A stretch of 64,000 nt of DNA, from contig JBPOGF010000011.1 of NCBI GenBank assembly GCA_051251915.1, positions 78,212-142,211 on the forward strand, read 5' to 3'. The notes under the pieces are model-generated. The model was not told where the DNA came from and searched no databases. It saw nothing but the letters and a program-made list of their open reading frames with translations. The translations under genes were made by a program, and so were the position numbers. Source of the DNA: Akkermansiaceae bacterium. Its GTDB lineage: Bacteria; Verrucomicrobiota; Verrucomicrobiia; Verrucomicrobiales; Akkermansiaceae. This document shows positions 61,130-64,000 of this stretch, piece by piece (position 1 is the stretch's first letter; each line of letters begins with the position of its first letter).

Positions 61130-61816
61130 ATGAACCTGAAGCATCTCTCCATCATCGCGAGCACCGCTCTACTGACCTTCTCTCCTAGTTGCTTATTCGC
61201 TGAAGACACTAGCCCCCCTATCGAATCCAAACTAGTCGTCGTAGCTGTGAACTCCGGACTAGCCAAAGAAGATAACGACCTACAGAGACTCTTCAACCAT
61301 AGCTCAAATCCCGCGGTTAGACTCACATTCATGGTGAAAGCAAAAAATATCGTTCAGGTTTTGGAAAAATCTGTCGTCACCAACCACTCTAAGGAATGGA
61401 AGTGTGGATCGCACCCTAGAATTGCCAATGAAGGAGAAGCCGCCGCTTTTATCATTGAAAAAAAAGGCGACTTTATCGGCAAAGAAAACGATATAAAAGT
61501 AACTGGAACTATCGATATCCAAACAGGTACCAAACTCGTCCCAAAAAGCTTCTCCCTCATGAGCTACGACGAACCATTTCGCATGGATGACTTTGTTTTC
61601 ACACTACTCGAAGATAAACTAAAAGTAGAAGGAAACCACAAACTCATCAAAGAAATCACCGTTAAACACAACGATAAGATCCTAAATACCCATGGAGCTA
61701 GCTGGTCTAATGACACTAAAACCTATAACTATAAAGATATCGGAAAAGGAGCCAAAATCAGCTTCTCATACTGGGACGGCCTCGTAACTAGGAAAGTGAA
61801 ATTTTCTAAAAACTAG
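61130..61816 (+). CDS. Hypothetical secreted beta-rich protein
   Basis: Signal peptide MNLKHLSIIASTALLTFSPSCLFA. Confidence 0.7.
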   Translation: MNLKHLSIIASTALLTFSPSCLFAEDTSPPIESKLVVVAVNSGLAKEDNDLQRLFNHSSNPAVRLTFMVKAKNIVQVLEKSVVTNHSKEWKCGSHPRIANEGEAAAFIIEKKGDFIGKENDIKVTGTIDIQTGTKLVPKSFSLMSYDEPFRMDDFVFTLLEDKLKVEGNHKLIKEITVKHNDKILNTHGASWSNDTKTYNYKDIGKGAKISFSYWDGLVTRKVKFSKN

Positions 61817-61856
61817 CACTCATCCACAAATTTAATCAAATCAATCACCCCTAACA

Positions 61857-62726
61857 ATGCCAACTCTAGATTCCCCTATCTCCAACGAATTCCTTGTTCC
61901 TAACCATATTTGGATCGATGAATTAGCTCCAGATTACCCCCTCATCCAACTATCTAACAGCTTCGGAAACGCCTCAGTAGCACTACACGGAGCACACGTC
62001 ACCAACTATACTCCAACAGGCCAAAAACCCGTCATCTTCACTAGCGACCTAGCTACCTACAAAGAAGGAAAAGCCATCCGCGGCGGCATCCCCATCTGCT
62101 GGCCATGGTTCAATGCTCACCCAAGTGACTCCTCTCTCCCCTCACACGGATACGCCCGTGTCCAGTTCTGGGAAGTTGTAGGATCAGACCACACACCTGA
62201 ATCCACCTCCATCACACTCACTCTAACAGTAAACGAACTCAAAGCCCTAGTCGTCATAACACTCACAGAAAGCTTAGAGGTAAATCTAACAACCACTAAC
62301 ATTTCCGAACACCCACAAACGGTCGGAGGAGCATTACACAGTTACTTCACCGTCTCCAATATCGACACCGCTCTCATCAGAGGACTAGAAGACGTTCACT
62401 ACCTCGACACCCTAACAGACACACCAGAAGTCCAAGATGGCGAAATTTCCATCACAGAAGAGACCGATCGCATCTACCTAAACAGCACTCAAACGGTCAG
62501 CATTTTCGACCCAGAATGGAATCGTAACATCTTCATCGATAAATCCGGCAGCCAGTCCACAGTCATCTGGAACCCATGGATAGCTAAATCTAGCGGCATG
62601 GCTGATCTAGGAAATGAAGAATACCGCGGCTTCGTATGCATCGAGTCAGCCAACGCCCTTGAGGATGTTTACCTACTCACTCCTGGAGAAACCCACACGC
62701 TCTCCACCAAAATCACTTCAGTCTAG
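61857..62726 (+). CDS. D-hexose-6-phosphate mutarotase (aldose 1-epimerase family, YeaD-like)
   Basis: GKAIRGGIPICWPWF, HGYAR, ALHSYF, VIWNPW, FVCIE. Confidence 0.92.
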   Translation: MPTLDSPISNEFLVPNHIWIDELAPDYPLIQLSNSFGNASVALHGAHVTNYTPTGQKPVIFTSDLATYKEGKAIRGGIPICWPWFNAHPSDSSLPSHGYARVQFWEVVGSDHTPESTSITLTLTVNELKALVVITLTESLEVNLTTTNISEHPQTVGGALHSYFTVSNIDTALIRGLEDVHYLDTLTDTPEVQDGEISITEETDRIYLNSTQTVSIFDPEWNRNIFIDKSGSQSTVIWNPWIAKSSGMADLGNEEYRGFVCIESANALEDVYLLTPGETHTLSTKITSV

Positions 62727-62737
62727 CCTAACTATAA

Positions 62738-63760
62738 ATGAGCCCACTGGATGCCCCACCGAGATTTCAGGCCGCGCTATCCGAGTGGTTTCAAACCGAA
62801 GGAAAAACTTACCCCTGGAGAGAAACCAATGATCCATGGCACATTCTCATCTCTGAGGTCATGCTCCAGCAGACACAGGTGAGCACAGTGCTCAATAAAA
62901 ATTTCTTCACCAAGTTCACCCAGAGATTCCCAACACCCGCATCCATCGCCACAACCTCAGAGCAAGAAATACTCAGCGCTTGGGAAGGTTTAGGTTATTA
63001 CAGACGCGTAAGAAACCTTCAGAAAGCAGCCATCGCCATCTGCGAACTTCATGATGGAATCTTCCCCACAGACTATGAAGAAATCCTAGCCCTCCCAGGC
63101 ATTGGGAAATACACCGCTGGCGCAGTCTCATCATTTGCATACGACCTACCACAACCTATCGTTGACGCCAACGTAGCGAGAGTCTTCTCCCGCCTGTTTA
63201 ATTACCAACACCGCGTAGACACCACCACCGGACAAAAACAACTCTGGCAATGGGCTGAAACACTACTTTCGCACCAGCAACCCAAGATCTACAACTCAGC
63301 CTTAATGGAGCTCGGCCAGCAAGTCTGCTCTAACAAATCTCCACAATGCAGCATCTGCGTCATCAAAGAATTCTGCTCAGCCACAGAACCTGAAAGCTTA
63401 CCTTTAAAGAAAGCAGCCAAGAAACCCGTATTGGTCGATGAGTTTGCTCTCTTCACCATCGACAACAAGAAACGCATCCTACTTCAGCAAGAAGCATCAC
63501 AGCAACGCCGTGCCGGTATGTGGAAGCTCCCATTGCGCGACCACCCACAAACAGAAACCTTCCCCCTACTTTCTAAATCCAACTACGCCATCACCCACCA
63601 CAAAGTTACATTAAGAGTATTCCAATGCGCCTTAGAAAATTTGCCTCCAGCTCCTAAAGACGTGACAGAGACATGGCACCCGATCTCCGACTTAGCGGAA
63701 ATACCTATGCCTAGCCCATTCAGAAAGGTGCTAGACAGCCTATTAAAAGATCACTTCTAA
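62738..63760 (+). CDS. mutY: A/G-specific adenine glycosylase
   Basis: SEVMLQQTQV, WEGLGYYRR, LPGIGKYTAGA, VDANVARV, Fe-S motif C-x6-C-x2-C-x5-C. Confidence 0.93.
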   Translation: MSPLDAPPRFQAALSEWFQTEGKTYPWRETNDPWHILISEVMLQQTQVSTVLNKNFFTKFTQRFPTPASIATTSEQEILSAWEGLGYYRRVRNLQKAAIAICELHDGIFPTDYEEILALPGIGKYTAGAVSSFAYDLPQPIVDANVARVFSRLFNYQHRVDTTTGQKQLWQWAETLLSHQQPKIYNSALMELGQQVCSNKSPQCSICVIKEFCSATEPESLPLKKAAKKPVLVDEFALFTIDNKKRILLQQEASQQRRAGMWKLPLRDHPQTETFPLLSKSNYAITHHKVTLRVFQCALENLPPAPKDVTETWHPISDLAEIPMPSPFRKVLDSLLKDHF

Positions 63761-63788
63761 AACATTGCCAACAAAGCAATAAGTGAAA

Positions 63789-63865
63789 TGGTACGCCCGT
63801 AGGGAGTCGAACCCCAAACCTCCTGATCCGTAGTCAAGCGCTCTATCCAATTGAGCTACGGGCGC
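63789..63865 (-). tRNA. tRNA-Arg(ACG)
   Basis: GCGCCCGTAGCTCAATTGGATAGAGCGCTTGACT-ACG-GATCAGGAGGTTTGGGGTTCGACTCCCTACGGGCGTACCA; cloverleaf, TTCGA, encoded CCA. Confidence 0.97.
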
Positions 63866-63923
63866 ATTAAATGATTTCTCATTTCTGAACTAACCTTCAT
63901 CCTAAGCCAAACAAATAAACAAG

Positions 63924-64000
63924 TGGTACGCCCGTAGGGAGTCGAACCCCAAACCTCCTGATCCGTAGTCAAGCGCTCTATCCAATTGAGCTACGGGCGC
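63924..64000 (-). tRNA. tRNA-Arg(ACG), identical second copy
   Basis: Same 77-nt sequence at a 135-bp period; ends exactly at the window edge. Confidence 0.97.

Noticed and set aside
63761..63865. tRNA 3' end as an integration site
   Set aside because: mutY ends 28 bp away; I saw no integrase and no duplicated tRNA 3' fragment elsewhere in the window.

Overview
Bacterial chromosomal segment, most likely from a Verrucomicrobia (PVC superphylum) genome. This is inferred from the PEP-CTERM protein, the giant 'PVC-type' heme-binding CxxCH proteins, the long GreA, the PVC-style ECF sigma factor and the general lack of Shine-Dalgarno motifs. About 55 CDS are present, mostly housekeeping (ilvBN, acpH, carA, purA, hisD, acs, mqo, trkA, two FKBPs, recR, ppnP, nuoBC, pgsA, der, ftsB-like, eno, greA, parC-type topoisomerase subunit A, mutY), plus two identical tRNA-Arg(ACG) at the right edge. 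I saw no transposase, integrase, prophage, CRISPR array or rRNA. Most notable: (1) an exactly colinear 4,484-bp tandem duplication of a giant secreted ThuA/dead-SGNH/beta-propeller/HEAT/cytochrome c gene together with its promoter; (2) a ~140-nt nested imperfect hairpin between two FKBP genes, a candidate ncRNA; (3) recurrent sigma70-like promoters 6-9 nt from start codons, often followed by CCCGCC, suggesting leaderless mRNAs; (4) a TPR-membrane protein plus double-domain AAA ATPase pair; (5) a class IV aminotransferase that appears to lack the PLP lysine, next to an M24 peptidase; (6) a zinc-finger-less ClpX-like ATPase with a duplicated C-terminal domain; (7) two small ORFs and a GNAT pseudogene fragment missed by the ORF track; (8) extreme C>>G strand skew in the middle of the window. 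All product calls come from recognising motifs by eye; no database searches were run.
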